Shown here: in pieces, positions 40,375-54,509 of the stretch
How positions within the stretch are numbered: the first letter of the stretch is position 1
Layout: the number at the start of each line of letters is the position of its first letter
Origin: Eledone cirrhosa
Lineage: Eukaryota
Reading direction: 5' to 3'
Assembly: GCA_964016885.1 (NCBI GenBank)
Contig: OZ024741.1
Span: 33,790,001 to 33,854,000, forward strand
DNA: 64,000 bases
Notes under the pieces: model-generated
What the model was told of the DNA's origin: nothing
The model's database searches: none
What the model saw: the letters and a program-made list of their open reading frames with translations, nothing else
Made by a program: the position numbers and the translations under genes

Positions 40375-41925
40375 ACTCGAAGCCTGCCTCAGCCGAGCCC
40401 TCTCTTCCTACCCGCAGGCCTAGCCTTCATATGGAGCCCCGAGCATGCTCTTTGCTGCTGATACGGTCATACCTTCAGCCACTGGGGTCCAACAGAGTGA
40501 CCCTTTGGGCCCCCTCCTATTTGCACTTGGTATAGATCACATTGCTCGGAGTATTACGGCCCTTCTCAACGTTTGATGCCTGGATGATGCTACGTTGGAC
40601 GGGCCCGTGGATACTCTCTGCCACAACCTACAATCGGTGGTTCCGGCTCTGGCGAGAATCGGCCTTGAGGTCAACTCGTCCAAGTCGGCGGCGGTTAATG
40701 TCAACCACGATGCTGAGAGCTTTGCAGCTTTCGTCTCGGACGTGCGTTCTATTCTCCTCCAGGTATAGGTGACCCCTAAAGAGGATGTCCTCATCCTCGG
40801 GTCACCGATCCACTCGTTGACCATCCGCTCCACCACTAGGTCTAGGCTTCAGCAGCTTAAGACCCTCAAAAGCCGACTGCGCATGATTGACGCCTACCCA
40901 GTCCTCTTCCTGTTGAGGAATTTCTTCACCATGCCGAAGATCCTCTATACTCTTCGTAGTGATCCTTGCTACAACTAAGCACCTCTCCTTGCTGACCTCG
41001 ATACTTGTATCCGAGTGGAAGCTGAGGAGATATGCAACGTTAGGTTTGACGATATTGGATGGCAAGGGCCACCTTACATGTTAGATATGGTGCCCTTGGC
41101 CTCCGGTCCCCGATCTCGCTGACTTTACCGGCGTTTCTTTCGTCGGTAACCTCATGCCACGTCCTCATCAACAAGGTTCTCCTAAACACAATGGAACCCA
41201 CTGTGATCGAGGAACGTGAGGCCGCCTGCGAGAAGTGGAACCGGCTTGAACTTAGCCCAGTAGACGTCCCTTTTCCTTCTCCCCCTGCTGACGTCAGATC
41301 CCCCTAGAGTATTTGGGGTGCCATCCAATACAACCTGGCCTCAGACAGGCTAGCGTGCCAGCTCGACCAGCACCACCTTGAATGTTTTCTCGCGGCCTTG
41401 CAACCCTACAGCGGTGCCTGGCTCCATGCCTTACTCTCCTTCTCCACTGGCACGCAGCTGAACAATGATAGCCTGCGCATCGAGGTTTCTCTCAGGCTTG
41501 GCCTCCGGATCTCCGAGCCACACAAATGTCGCTGCGGATCCACTGTGGACTCTTTCGGCCTCCACCCGCTTCCCTGTCGCTACAGTGCCAGCCGCCTTCT
41601 ACGCCATGCTGCCCCCAAGGAGGTCATAAAGCATGGTTCTAACCAAGGTTCTGCTGCACTTCGGGCAGAGGAGGGTAAACTCTCCAAGTATCGGTAGCTC
41701 TCCGACAGGTTTGCACTCGAGTCCCTCGCAGTGGAGACTTCTGGTGTCCTTGGCCCTAGGGCTACCTCCCTACTCACCACCATAGGCGCTGAGCTGGCTA
41801 GCCGTAGGTGTCAGCCTCGTGAGATGGAATGGCTCTTCCAGCGCTTCTCCCTTACCATCCTCTGGGGAAACGCCTTCTCCATTCTGTCCGCCGGGGCCGT
41901 GGGGCGACCAGCACGTGGGACCCCA
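40375..41925 (+). mobile_element. CRE-like non-LTR retrotransposon (RT plus CCHC and restriction-like endonuclease), degenerate
   Basis: GVQQSDPLGPLLF, LDDATL, IGLEVNSSK, GAWLHAL..LRLGLRISEPHKCRCG, AVETSGVLG..WLFQR motifs. Confidence 0.85.
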
Positions 41926-42098
41926 TTTGCTCATAATAGAGAGAGATGGGGAGGGCGAGAGAGATGGAGGCGGTGACAGTGGGAGTTCGGCTCTTCTGTG
42001 TTCGGACCTGGTGTGCAGCGTCAGTTGTCCGTAGGGAGGTTGTGGTTCATCTACTATTATAGAGTAGATATCTACCTTTTACTAGATTATTCTTAGCA

Positions 42099-42141
<43 letters not shown>

Positions 42142-42649
42142 GAACTGAGAAGAAAACTTGACATAAGAGGAATTGGATATAGAATTCACAGATTTGAGTA
42201 ATATATAATTGCTTCTACTTTAGGCACAAGGCCAGTAATTTGAAGGGAAGGGGAAAGTCGATTAATTCGACCTCAGTATATTACTGGTATTTCATATTAT
42301 CGATTCCGTAAGGATGAAAGGCAAAGCTAACTTCGGCGGGATTTGAAATCAGAACCTAAAAGGACGTAATTCTATGCAGCGAGGCATTTGATCCGACGCT
42401 CTACCGATTCTGCCTATCCACAATATATGATAATAAATGTTCACATTTCTCCAGACTAATTTTCGTTAACTGTTTATTTTGAAGCTATTTTGTTTATTAT
42501 CATATAACAAATATATAAAATTAAATAGAAGTACATACATGTAATCAATTCCTTATTGCTAGGAATCTTATACATTTTTTTTTCACTTTGATTATATATT
42601 TTTGTATATGTTGTAACGATGAAAGAATGGTATTTAACTAATGTATTGG

Positions 42650-43925
42650 TACGCGATGGGGCCCACCCACAGCCCCGGCGGACAGAATGAAGAAGGCGTT
42701 TCTCCGGAGGACGGCAAGTGAGACGCGCTGGAAAAGCCACTCCAACTCGCGGGGCTCACACCTGCGACTGGCCAGCTCAGCGCCTATGGTGGTGAGTAAG
42801 GAGGTAGCCCTGGGGCCGAGGACACCAGAAGTTTCCACTGCCAGGGGAACGACCGCAAACCTGTCGGAGAGCGACCGGTATTTGAGGAGTTTGGCCCCCT
42901 CAGCCCGACGTGCAGCAGAACCTGGGTCAGTCGCAGACTGCACCAGGTTGCGGCTGCAGAAAGTGTCGGTGCAAGTGGCATCCCATACGAGGGGTTTGCT
43001 ACCGCGAAACGGGAAGATGGTCATGCCATCTGGCCTTTTGCCGTCCCCTCAATCCAGCCCCACCGGCTCGAGCTGGGAAGGGAAGCCTGCAGCGTCCAAG
43101 CCATGCTTAATGACCTCGTATGGCGTGGAATGCGGCTGGCACTGTGACGACAGGAAAGCGGGTGAAGGCCGAAAGAGTCCACGGTGGAACCGCAGCGACA
43201 TTGGTGTGGCTGGCAGATCTGGAGGCCGAGCCTCAGGGAAACGCCGATTCGCAGGCTATGGTTGTCTAGCTGTGTGCCAGTGGAGAAGGAGGGCAGAGCA
43301 TGGAGCCAGGCACCACTGTGGGGTTTGGAGGCCGCACGAAAACAAGCAAGGCGGTGCTGGTCGAGCTGGCGCGTGAGCCTGTCTGAGGTCAGGCTGCACT
43401 AGATGGCATCCCAAGTGCGTTGGGGGGGGGGGGGACTTGACGTCAACAGGGGAAGAAGGAGGAGGGACGTCTACTGGGCTAAGTCCCAGCTGGCCCCACG
43501 CCTCACAGGCAGCCTCACGTTCTCTGAACACAGAGGGTTCTGTTGTGTTTTGAAGAACCCTGCTGACGAGGACGCGGCACGAGGTTACCGACGAAAGATA
43601 CGCCGGCAAAGCTAGTGAGATCAGGGATCGGAGGCCTTGGCCTGTTGCCACCCTATGTCGTCAAACCTGACGTTGCATATCCCCTCGGCTGCTGCTCGGA
43701 TACAAGTATCGAGGTCAGCGAGGAGAGATGTCTGGGTGTAGCATGGAGCGCTGCGGAGTGTATAGAGGAGCTTCGGAATGGCGAAGCAGTTCCTCAGCAG
43801 AAAGAGAGCTGGGTGGCCGTCAATCAAGCCCAGTCGGCTCGTGAGAGTCTGGAGCTGTTGAAGCTTGGACCTGATGGTGGAGCGGATGGCCGGCGGGTGG
43901 ATCGGTGACCCGAGGATGAAGACAT
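42650..43925 (-). mobile_element. CRE-like element 3' half, converging on 40375-41925
   Basis: [30 protein letters not shown] (PD..D nuclease motif); ALFLLRNCFAIPKLLYTLR. Confidence 0.85.
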
Positions 43926-43931
43926 TCTCTT

Positions 43932-44146
43932 TAATAATAATGAAATTATTGTGTACAGTGCTCAGGTGCACTACAACTCATCAAAGGTGCATGTATAGTA
44001 CATAGAATAATACACTTCCCTGACATTAGTATATTATTGTATATTATTGTATATTTGTATATTATTGTATATCATGTACTATACATGCACCTTTGATGAG
44101 TTGTAGTGCACCTGAGCACTGTACGCAATAATTTCATTATTATTAT
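43932..44146. repeat. Inverted repeat with ~75-bp arms
   Basis: aataatgaaattattgtgtacagtgctcaggtgcactacaactcatcaaaggtgcatgtatagtaca and its reverse complement at 44075-44146. Confidence 0.9.
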
Positions 44147-44593
44147 TATCATTATTATAATATACAAAAATATATAATCAAAGAGAAAAAATAACATCAA
44201 TTCAACACTAAATGCGTCAATCGGTCACACACCACAAAGGCCATTGGAAATCTATGAGGCAAGCCAACACACTGCCAGCATTATTGCGGGTGATAGCTAG
44301 GCTAAGGCGCTGAAACAACCAAGTACTTTCACCAGGAGCATAAAACGAGCCACTAACGAAGACAAGAACTTTACTGCCAGCGGCCCAACTCCACCCAGGT
44401 CTCGAATACCAAAGGGTGTTTATTGATGTTATTTCATACTAAACATTATAGGTTATCATGAAGTAAACGAGGGATAAGCAATAGAATAACGTTGTTTATC
44501 AAATGATAAACATAAACAGGATATATCGAATAATAAATAAATATTAGCTTTAATGCCGGAAACAAAGCTCTCTTTTCTTGTTGTTTGTGTGTA

Positions 44594-44643
<50 letters not shown>

Positions 44644-44756
44644 TATGTGTGTGTATGCGTGTGTGTGTGTGACAGAGAGAGAGAGAGAGAGAGATTAGTT
44701 ATGGGAGATAATAAAACCTGAAAACGTGGATTACCTCCCTTGTATCATTATTTTAT

Positions 44757-45515
44757 TTCTTAGGGCGGTGGATTGGCAGTATCGGTGGAGGGTCGGACGC
44801 CATGCTTTCCAGCATAGTTACGTCCCTTTACGATCTGAGTTCAAATCCCGCCGAGGTTAATTTTGCCTTTCATCCTTACGGGGTCGATAAAATAAAGTAC
44901 CAGTAATGCACTGGGTAATTGCTGGCCTTGTGCCAAAAGTAGAAACAATTATTTTATTTCTTATGGCGGTGGATTGGCAGTATCAGTAGAGAGTCGGACG
45001 CCATGCTTTCCAGCATAGTTACGTCCCTTTACGGTCTGTGTTCAAATCCCGCCGAGGTTAACTTTGCCTTTCATCCTTACGGGGTCGATAAAATAAAGTA
45101 CCAGTAATGTACTGGGTAATTGCTGGCCTTGTGCCAAAAGTAAAAACAATTATTTTATTTCTTATGGCAGTGGATTGGCAGTATCGGTAGAGGGTCGGAA
45201 GCCATGCTTTCCAGCATAGTTACGTCCCTTTACGATCTGAGTTCAAATCCCTCCGAGGTTAACTTTGCCTTTCATCCTTATGAAAAAGTAGAAACAATTA
45301 TTTCTTACATTTCAGGGGGGTGGATTGGCAGTATCGGTAGAACGTCGGACACCATGTTTTGTAGCATAGAGTTACGGCCCTTTATGTTCTGAGTTCAAAT
45401 CTCGCCGAGGTTAACTTTGACTTTGCCTTTCATCTTTATGGTCTCGATAAAATAAAGTACCAGTAATGTACTGTAATAATTGCTGGCCTTGTGCCAAATG
45501 TAGAAACAATTATAT
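44757..45515 (+). mobile_element. Head-to-tail tandem array of about 4 SINE copies (~200-bp units)
   Basis: ggcggtggattggcagtatcggt..gagttcaaatcccgccgaggttaactttgcctttcatcc..gtagaaacaattat repeated; the third copy is internally deleted. Confidence 0.85.
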
Positions 45516-46184
45516 TTTCATTCTGAACGGCCTTGCCCTTTGGATAAGAGGTTTGTGTCTCAACTAGGACGTCACTATCAATGACACTTTTGCTCCCTCC
45601 ATGATGGACGCTGTGGTAAATGTGGGAGACACTGCTTCCGTTGCCGAACGGAATAAAATTCGTAAATACCTGGATTTGTCTAGTAATTATTTTCTCCAAC
45701 CTGTGACGTTCGAGGCGGTTGGCGGAGTCGGACCATCACCCGTGGTATTGGCTTGCCTCAAAGTCTTTAGTTAACCCTTATGATGTAATGTGTGACCGAT
45801 TGTCGCACTTGGTGGTGAATTGATGGTCGATTTTTTTTTTTTGCCACCCATTTTTTCTTCTTTTTTTTTTCTCTCTCTCTCACGCCCCTCTCTTTCTCGT
45901 TTATGTGTTTATATTTGTGTTTATCAACGATATTATATTTGTAAAGTTCTTCTGAAAGAATTGCGAACAATTTATAATGTTATTTACGCATTTGTAATGT
46001 TATTTGTCGTGTTATTTTAATAGTTTATAAGTTACTGATAATTTTTTTATTTATTTATATATGTCAATGGCTTTTCATGAAATAAATATTATTTATTTGT
46101 AATGTTATTTATACAACTGAGAATAAAAATGGTGTATATATATATATATATTAAAATCCACTGTCAATAAATACACCAGGATTT

Positions 46185-46245
46185 TTTCCTTCTGATGACT
46201 GAAAGCAAATTTTGCTTGCTTTCAAGAAACCACTGGTAAATGAAA
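46185..46245 (+). ncRNA. Type I hammerhead ribozyme
   Basis: Stem I tttcctt/aatgaaa (one mismatch); CTGATGA 46192-46198; stem II tgaaagcaa/ttgctttca; GAAA 46226-46229; stem III cca-c-tgg; GUA. Confidence 0.8.
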
Positions 46246-46289
46246 TAATTATCTTATGTTGTTTATTACATAATTATATATATATATAT

Positions 46290-46322
<33 letters not shown>

Positions 46323-46341
46323 CTAGCATATATATATATAC

Positions 46342-46374
<33 letters not shown>

Positions 46375-46389
46375 CATATCATTTCATTT

Positions 46390-46720
46390 CATTTCATTTT
46401 ACGTCCACTTTTTCCCTGCTTGCAAGGGTGGGACGGGAACTGATTCTGGCTAGATTTCTACAGCTGGATGCCCTTCCTAACACCAACCTCATTTACAGTG
46501 AGTGCTGGGTGCTTTTTTGCCGTGGCACCTCCACGACCACTTTGCAGTGGAATGATAGGGACCCTAGTCCCTATCATCTCATTTCTACAGCTGAGTAAAC
46601 TGGAGCAATGTGAAATAAAGTGTCTTGTTCAAGAAAACAACACATCACCCGGTCTGAGAATTGAACTCACAACCTTTCGATTGCAAGGCCAATGCTCTAA
46701 CCACTAAGCCATGTGCCTCC
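46390..46720 (-). mobile_element. Composite SINE: tRNA-like head plus RTE-derived 3' tail
   Basis: Reverse complement matches 62217-62600; the tail matches the RTE 3' UTR at 12354-12630. Confidence 0.8.
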
Positions 46721-46797
46721 ATTATATATATTATAAAGAACATAAGCGGATTATCTGATCAACCAACTTTTCAAAATTGAATAATATATATATATAT

Positions 46798-46832
<35 letters not shown>

Positions 46833-46943
46833 TATCATTATCATCATCATCATCATCATCATCATCATTTAACGTCTATCTTCCACACTAGCATGGGTTA
46901 GACGGGAATTGTCCTACTTGAGACAAGTTTGGTCGGGTGACCG

Positions 46944-46980
<37 letters not shown>

Positions 46981-47069
46981 GGTGGAAGATGGACGTTAAA
47001 TGAAGATTATGATGATGATGATGATGATGATATATATATATATCGTTCAATGATGAAAAATTATTATTA

Positions 47070-47145
<76 letters not shown>

Positions 47146-47479
47146 TAATAATAATAATTTTTCATTGCTCAGATTTCAGTATAAATGTTAGATGGGATTC
47201 TGTGATGTTCATGCTTTTTTTCAAAGCCATTCCTAATGTAAGTGAAATAAAACAGAATCTAGTGGTGGACTAAATTTGAATGAATTTTAAATTTTAATCC
47301 CGCTGAGGTCATTTTTGCACGGATCAATATAAGAATGATGTACAGCAATAGATTTAATCAACTGTGTGTAGCCTAATTCCAATTCTAGATTATATTGATG
47401 AAATAGAATTTTTTCTTTTCTTTTTGTAAGGTTTCTCTAGCAATTGGTTGCTAGGTGAAGCATGTTAATTGACCTCAAA

Positions 47480-48830
47480 TCAGTCCCAGATTTCACAGGC
47501 TCAATATATCGTGTAGGATTCTGGTAGTGCTAGTGATGATAGGAATTTGGAGTCGGTGATCCCAAGGCTTTTGATGAAAGACATAAGACATTTAGGGACC
47601 ATGGCTAATGCCTCAATGACAATTGGCACGACTTCTGTCTCTACATGGTACTCTGTTCTAATAGCGCCTTCAAGGTTTGCATATTTATTAATCTGTTCTA
47701 TTTCCTTTTCAGTAACATTGTGGTCTTGAGTGACCACAGTATCAATTAGAACCTATTTGGGGTGACGGGAGTGTTTGTTTTTAAAACAATATTTGCTTTT
47801 GGGTATAAGCCCTCATTGCACATTAAAATCTTGCATGTATGTCTATCAATTCTTTCAAAGTCTTGTTTCATCCAATCAATTATTCTAGTGCCATATCTCA
47901 CTACTCCCAAAGTCCATTGTTTTATTTCAGATGTTAAATTTCCTGTATACAGTTTTGACTTGGACAATTTTTTCACTCTCTAGATGTATTCCTTTTCAAT
48001 CGTTTCCTTCATTTCACCTGTTGATTCCTGCATCCTGCAACATGCCCAAGTTTTTGCAACCTTTTCTTCAATTTATGCCATTCTTTCACCATCAGGAATT
48101 TCAATATCATCGATCTGAACCAATATGCCAATGACAATGTTTTGCACTTGCTTAAAGCAAACTTCATGCCTTTGCCATCAGAAACAATCCTTACTGTGTC
48201 GACAAGTGAATAAAGTTCTCTTTCATTACAGTTATACAACTTTAAAACATCCATGAACTATATGTGGTTTATAAGCATGGGCTCTTTCGAGATATAATAT
48301 CCACAATTTGTTTCTCTAAGAACAAGAGTAAGGGGAATCAGTGTAATGATAAACAACAAAGGTGATAATGAGTCCCCTTAGAAAATCCCTCGTCTCATGC
48401 AAACCTCTTCATTACCAGATGATAATTCCATCCTCCACTGCTCCATGCTGTTGATGCTATCCTACAAGGTTGAGAACACCCTTTAACCAGGAGTGGGGGA
48501 CCATGTCATAGGCTTTCTTATAATCTATGATAGCCATTGCCAAGTTCTTTTTCATTCTCTTGCAGTTCCTTAGAATCACCTTATCAATTAACAACTGGTC
48601 CTTTCTGTTCATTTGGGAGGAGATTCACCTCTTTGAGATGTTTGTATATTTTGTTTCCAATAATCCTAGTCAACAGTTTCCAAATGATTGACAGGTACCC
48701 TATTGGTCAGTAATTGGCAGCCACATTTCCATTGGCTTTGTCCTTCACAATAAGGACTGTCCAACCCTTGGTCATCCAATTTGATACTTCTCCAAGCTGT
48801 AAGTACTTGTGGTTACTGTTATCACACTTT
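47480..48830 (-). mobile_element. Degenerate R4/Dong-like non-LTR retrotransposon
   Basis: GIF*GDSLSPLLF, FMDVLKLY, GMKFALSKC and C-terminal TEVVPIVIEALAMVPK. Confidence 0.75.
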
Positions 48831-49069
48831 TTACCCATGGTATTCTCTCCTAAGTTGTCTTTAATGTTTCCTTTGTGTTAGCCTGTGTGGCTAATAAAGA
48901 AATCATTTACTGAATCACTATTTATTTATTTATTCAATTTAAACGTCCGTATAGAGCTAGTAAGCCATGACAGACTAGAGGAAGTATCGAGTACTCCTTA
49001 CAGTTGGTAATAAAAAAAAACTAGTGAGACATGTAATAAAAGAAATAAATATATTATATTATGGGGGTG

Positions 49070-49686
<617 letters not shown>

Positions 49687-50177
49687 TGTGTAAAGTTGTG
49701 ATGTTTCTCAAGTGGTTAGTAGTTGTTATAGAGAAAGAAATAGAATATGAGAGAGAGAAGACAGTTGAACGTTAGAGTGGAGAGCAGTGATCCACTGACA
49801 AAGACAATGGAAATACAGGGAAACAATAATCAATTCTATAGAAAGAGATCCAAACAACAACAACAATAAGATGACTCAACTAACCAAGTGACAATGTGAG
49901 GAAGGAAAGAGTCATAGTAATGTTTATTGTGTATTGTATAATGTCAACAACCGACAACATGAACAGTTTGTTGTTAGTTTCAACAGTTTTCCAGGGTCGG
50001 TTGAAAGGTTTATAGGCTGACCAAGATACTCTCATGGAATGACCAAATGAGGTTTATTTTTTAACATAGTTCCTAGAAAGAAACAATGCAGTTATTAATA
50101 AGAAGATTTTAAATTAGGTGGCCTATGAACTTTTCATCGTACATTCGCACATATATATATATATATATATATATATT

Positions 50178-51190
50178 TCGTTTCTGAATTTGTTTAGCAA
50201 GATTCTTTATCTGAAATCGTGTGTTGAAACCGATATTGTTATACTTTGGGAAGGTCATGTTGTCAATAAGAAACACACGCACCAGTTGCTTTCACTTCAA
50301 TTTATTATATATTTATAAATTTATAAATTTCTGGTTGGTTGGTTGGTTCCACAACCAGATAGTTGTTTATATATAGTCATAGTTCTTTCGTCACACACTC
50401 TGTGACCTCTTCAGTGACTGGGGATTCCTTTCTTTGTTTCTGTGCCTCTCTCCTTTGTTCGGTCCTACGCCATTTTGTTTCTGTGTGTGTGTTGTGTGCT
50501 AAGTCTGCGCATGCGCCACATCCGGGTGTCTGTGTGTGTTTATGTTCATTTATTTATTTGTTTATTTACATGTTACTGGTTGGTTGTTTGTTCTATGTGT
50601 GTGTGTATTTTCATTTTGTCCTTAATTGTAAGTTGTGATGTTGCTGTTCCACTCATATTTTCTATTTAATTTTGGTTGTAATTCTTTTATGTTTATTGCC
50701 TCTGTAATTTGTCTAAACATTGCGTCTTTTCTGTGTGTAGATTCTATTTTTATTTTTATGTTCTCTAATTTACCCTTGTGTTCTATCTTAGCATGTTGGT
50801 AGAGTACAGATGATTCTTTATTATCTTGAAGGTCTCGCCAGTGTTCATTTATCCGTTCCCCTACACTACGAGCTGTCTCACCTATGTACACTATATTTTT
50901 GTCTCTACATTGTCCTTCAGTACATCTTATGCTATACACTACATTTCTAGTTTTACAGTTAATATGGGGGCTTATTTTACAGGTTATACATTTCTTATCT
51001 ATACATGAGGGTCTTTGAAAAGGGTATGTCTTGCTAATAAGTGTTTTTACGGAGGTACCTGGTCTTTCTACTATCTTAATATTGAGTTTATGTTTATTTA
51101 GGGCCCTTCTAAATTGGTCAGTTCTGAGAGCATTCCTCAGTCAGAAGTCTATAGAATTCTTTCTGGGGTGAGGCTCCCTGTAGTGTTTTT
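50178..51190 (-). mobile_element. PLE 3' fragment (GIY-YIG, 3' region with HHR)
   Basis: ORF 50622..50939 YSIRC..VYIGETARS..ERINEH..RQITEAINIK..PKLN. Confidence 0.85.
50375..50419 (-). ncRNA. Type I hammerhead ribozyme
   Basis: Minus strand agtca-CTGAAGA-ggtcacagagtgtgtgac-GAAA-gaac-TA-tgact. Confidence 0.8.
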
Positions 51191-51639
51191 GCTTGCTATT
51201 GTTCAGTACATTTGACCTCCACCATTATTTTGGTACTGTTGTTGGTGTAGTAGTCAGGTTATATCTTGCTGCTGCTAACAATTTAGAAGTATCCAGTTTG
51301 TGTTTTTTCTTCATCCCTCCTGCCACCATCGTAGTGGTGGTGGTGGGGGGGGGGGGGATTTCTTCCATGTATATGAAGAAATATAAGGCAATAAATGAAG
51401 AAAACAGAAAATAAATAAATAATATAATAAAATAATTAATATAATTTGTGTAATTTGAAAATAAATAAATAAATAGAGAATAAAGAATAAAGAATAAATG
51501 AGAGATTGGTGAAAAAGTAATGAAAATGAATATGGAGAAGTGAGAAATAATGTAGGATAAAGTGTGTGTGTGTGCTATAACCAATCTCAAGGTCAGAATA
51601 TGTTGGATAGATTGGTATGAGACAAGATGTTAAGATGAG

Positions 51640-53565
51640 ATATTCAAACTAAATGTGTTTGTGTTATAATGCATCTCAACTTAAAATAAATATAAGGTGA
51701 TACAGTGAAGAGGGCAGAAAACAAATAACAAATTAATAAAGAGAAATCAAGATTTAAGATTGGAACTTGAAAGTCAGAAATCTGGTAAATTAAAAGTGTT
51801 TGTGTTATAGATGTTGGCCAAATTATTATGGCTGTGTCCGATTCTATCTCTAGGCTATCATGGTGTCTGCTCCGCCTGGGTTGTTCCCTGTGGCTTGAGG
51901 GGAGGTCACAACCTAGGGTGTTGTTATTGCCCATATAGCTTGAGGGAGGTCTGGCCGAGAGATGTTTTCATGTTCTGTAGAAGTCCCTATAGCTTGAGGG
52001 GAGTTCACATCTTCTTGTGTTGCTACTGTCCATATATCTTGAGAAAGGTCCCGGCTCTAAGGTGTCTGCATGTCCCGAAGAAGTCGGTTCTGAGGTTTAT
52101 CAGGCCGCTTCCACCTCTTAGTATCTCGAGGGTCTCGTTCAGGCATAGTTTGCATATGCAAGATCCCCCTTTATCGGGTGGTACGGTACTTTCCTGATTA
52201 TGTACCAGGCCAGAGAGTATGGGGTCCTGTCCAGCTTAAGCTTCCAGATCAGGTCGGAGAGAACTGTGCTTTTCTTTTTGGCCTCCTTCTTGAAAGAATG
52301 GCGATGGTTGTACCAGCGGTCTTTAAAGCTCGTTGATGTGGCTCCTATGTAGAGGTGTTCGGAGTTAGGGGTTTTAACCCTACAACCGTACACTAGGTTC
52401 TTCTTGAGACATTCATTACCAAGGGGGCATGATTCGGGGTTTCTGTAGTTGCAGAGGGTGGTCGGCCTCTGCGTGCCTAGATTAGGGTTCTCGTTATGTG
52501 TTACATGCTGGTCTTCCCCCATGCTCGGTGGGGGGTCCTCGGGTCTGTTTGTGTTTCTTGGGTGGGCTCTGGGTCCCCCCCTTCCCTCCTTTCACATGGT
52601 TCTGCTGAGTGTTTGTATTGCCATCTTCTGGTTGTGTGTGGTTTTTAAGCCTACTTCTGTTGATGCTAGCTATGTGTTGGGCCAAATTTCTCGTGGTGGA
52701 ATACGAAAGCTTCACAGTGTGTCTGTTGAAGATCCTGTGGTATCTGTGGTCCCTCGGGAAGCATTTGTCAAGTGCTCCAAAGAATAATCGGGCCAAGCTT
52801 TTCTTTAGGGCCGCTGAGTAGGGTGGGTTGTACCACGTGATTTGTCGGTGTCTCCTCCTATATGTGTGGGTCGGGGGCTTCGTGATTTGTTGGAGATTTG
52901 TTGGGTTGCTGGTGGTTTCCGCACTGTTGCCTCCCCTTTGGGCTCTATGCTTTTTGTTATCTTCGCGGCCCGGATTTGTGGGGTGGTCGTTGTCCGCTCC
53001 GGGAGATCCATCGTGGGGTGGTCGCCCGTTCCCCCCCCCCCCCCACGTGTCCTGCGGTTGGGGTCGTCCGTCCTGGGGTGGTTAGCGTCATGCCTGAAAC
53101 TGCTACTCATATTTTGCTCCATCTCGTGGTCAAGCGCACTAGTCCCCACCGCCTGTGTGGTGGTGTCTGGTACATGGTGCCTATTTGATTCTGCTCTGCC
53201 TGTATTGTTAGGGTTCGCCCTACCCCCTCTGGCAACGCGGTTGTGGGTGTCTGTTGGGCTATCCACCTCCCGGCTTTTCGGACTATATGTTATATTTTGT
53301 CTATGTGCCGCCTTCTTTAGAGCTGCATTGTAATATTCCGCGTGGTTGTTGAATATTTCATTACTTGCGGACAGGCTGGAGATCCTGTCCGAGACACTCT
53401 TCACCACTGCCTTGGTTATGGATCTAGGGTAGTTTGATTTGGCGTTAACATATACGAGTTTCTCGTTGGGCTTGTGGTAGGGGTAGTATTGCTCGGTGTT
53501 CAGGTTTAGGCTGGTGTCTAGGAAGTTAACTACCTTTCTATTTGGGTCTATTTCTATGCTGCAAC
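51640..53565 (-). mobile_element. Second PLE family, 5'-truncated (RT C-terminus, linker, GIY-YIG)
   Basis: VNFLDTSLNL..YHKPNEKLVYVNAKSNYP; IFNRHTVKLSYS; CPLGNECLKKNLVYGC..LYIGATSTSFKDRWYNH. Confidence 0.85.
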
Positions 53566-53609
53566 TTTTATTAAGAACCAGGGGCTCAGCATATATATAT
53601 ATATATATA

Positions 53610-54465
53610 TATTAGCAAGACATACCCTTTTCAAAGACCCTCTGTATAGATAAGAAATGTAAATTAAGCCCCCATATCAACTGTAAAACTAGAAATGTAG
53701 TATATAGCATAAGATGTACTGAAGGACAATGTAGAGACAAAAATATAGTGTACATAGGTGAAACAGCTCGTAGTGTAGAGGAACGGATAAATGAACACTG
53801 GCGAGACCTTCAAGATAGTAAAGAATCATCTGTACTCTACCAACATGCTAAAATAGAACATAAGGGTAAATTAGAGAACATACAAATAAAAATAGAATCT
53901 ACACATAGAAAAGACGCAATGTTTAGACAAATCACAGAGGCAATAAACATAAAAGAATTATAACCAAAATTAAATAGAAAACATGAGTGGAACAGCAACA
54001 TCACAACTTACAATTAAGGGCAAAATGAAAACACACACGCACATAGAACAAACAACCAACCTGTAACATGCAAATAAACAAATAAATAAACAAATATAAA
54101 CACACACAGACACCTGGATGTGGCGCATGCGCAGACTGAGCACACAACACACACACAGAAACAAGATGGCGTAGGACAGAACAAAGGAGAGGCACAAAAA
54201 CAAAGAAAAGAATCCCAGTCACTGAAGAGGTCACAGAATGTGTGACGAAAGAACTTTGACTATATATAAACAACCATCTGGTTGTGGAACCAACTAACCA
54301 ACCGGAAATTTATAAATTCCTAAATTTATAAATTTATTATAATAAATTGAAGTGAAAGCACTGGTGCGTGTGTTTCTTATTGGCAACATGACCCTCCCAA
54401 AGTATAACAATATCGGTTTCAACACACGTTTTCAGATAAAGAATCTTGCTAAACAAATTCAGAAA

Positions 54466-54468
<3 letters not shown>
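53610..54468 (+). mobile_element. PLE 3' fragment, inverted copy of 50178-51039
   Basis: ORF 53748..53963 is nearly identical to 50622..50939; same 3' region. Confidence 0.85.
54217..54261 (+). ncRNA. Type I hammerhead ribozyme
   Basis: agtca-CTGAAGA-ggtcacagaatgtgtgac-GAAA-gaac-TT-tgact. Confidence 0.75.
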
Positions 54469-54506
<38 letters not shown>

Positions 54507-54509
<3 letters not shown>

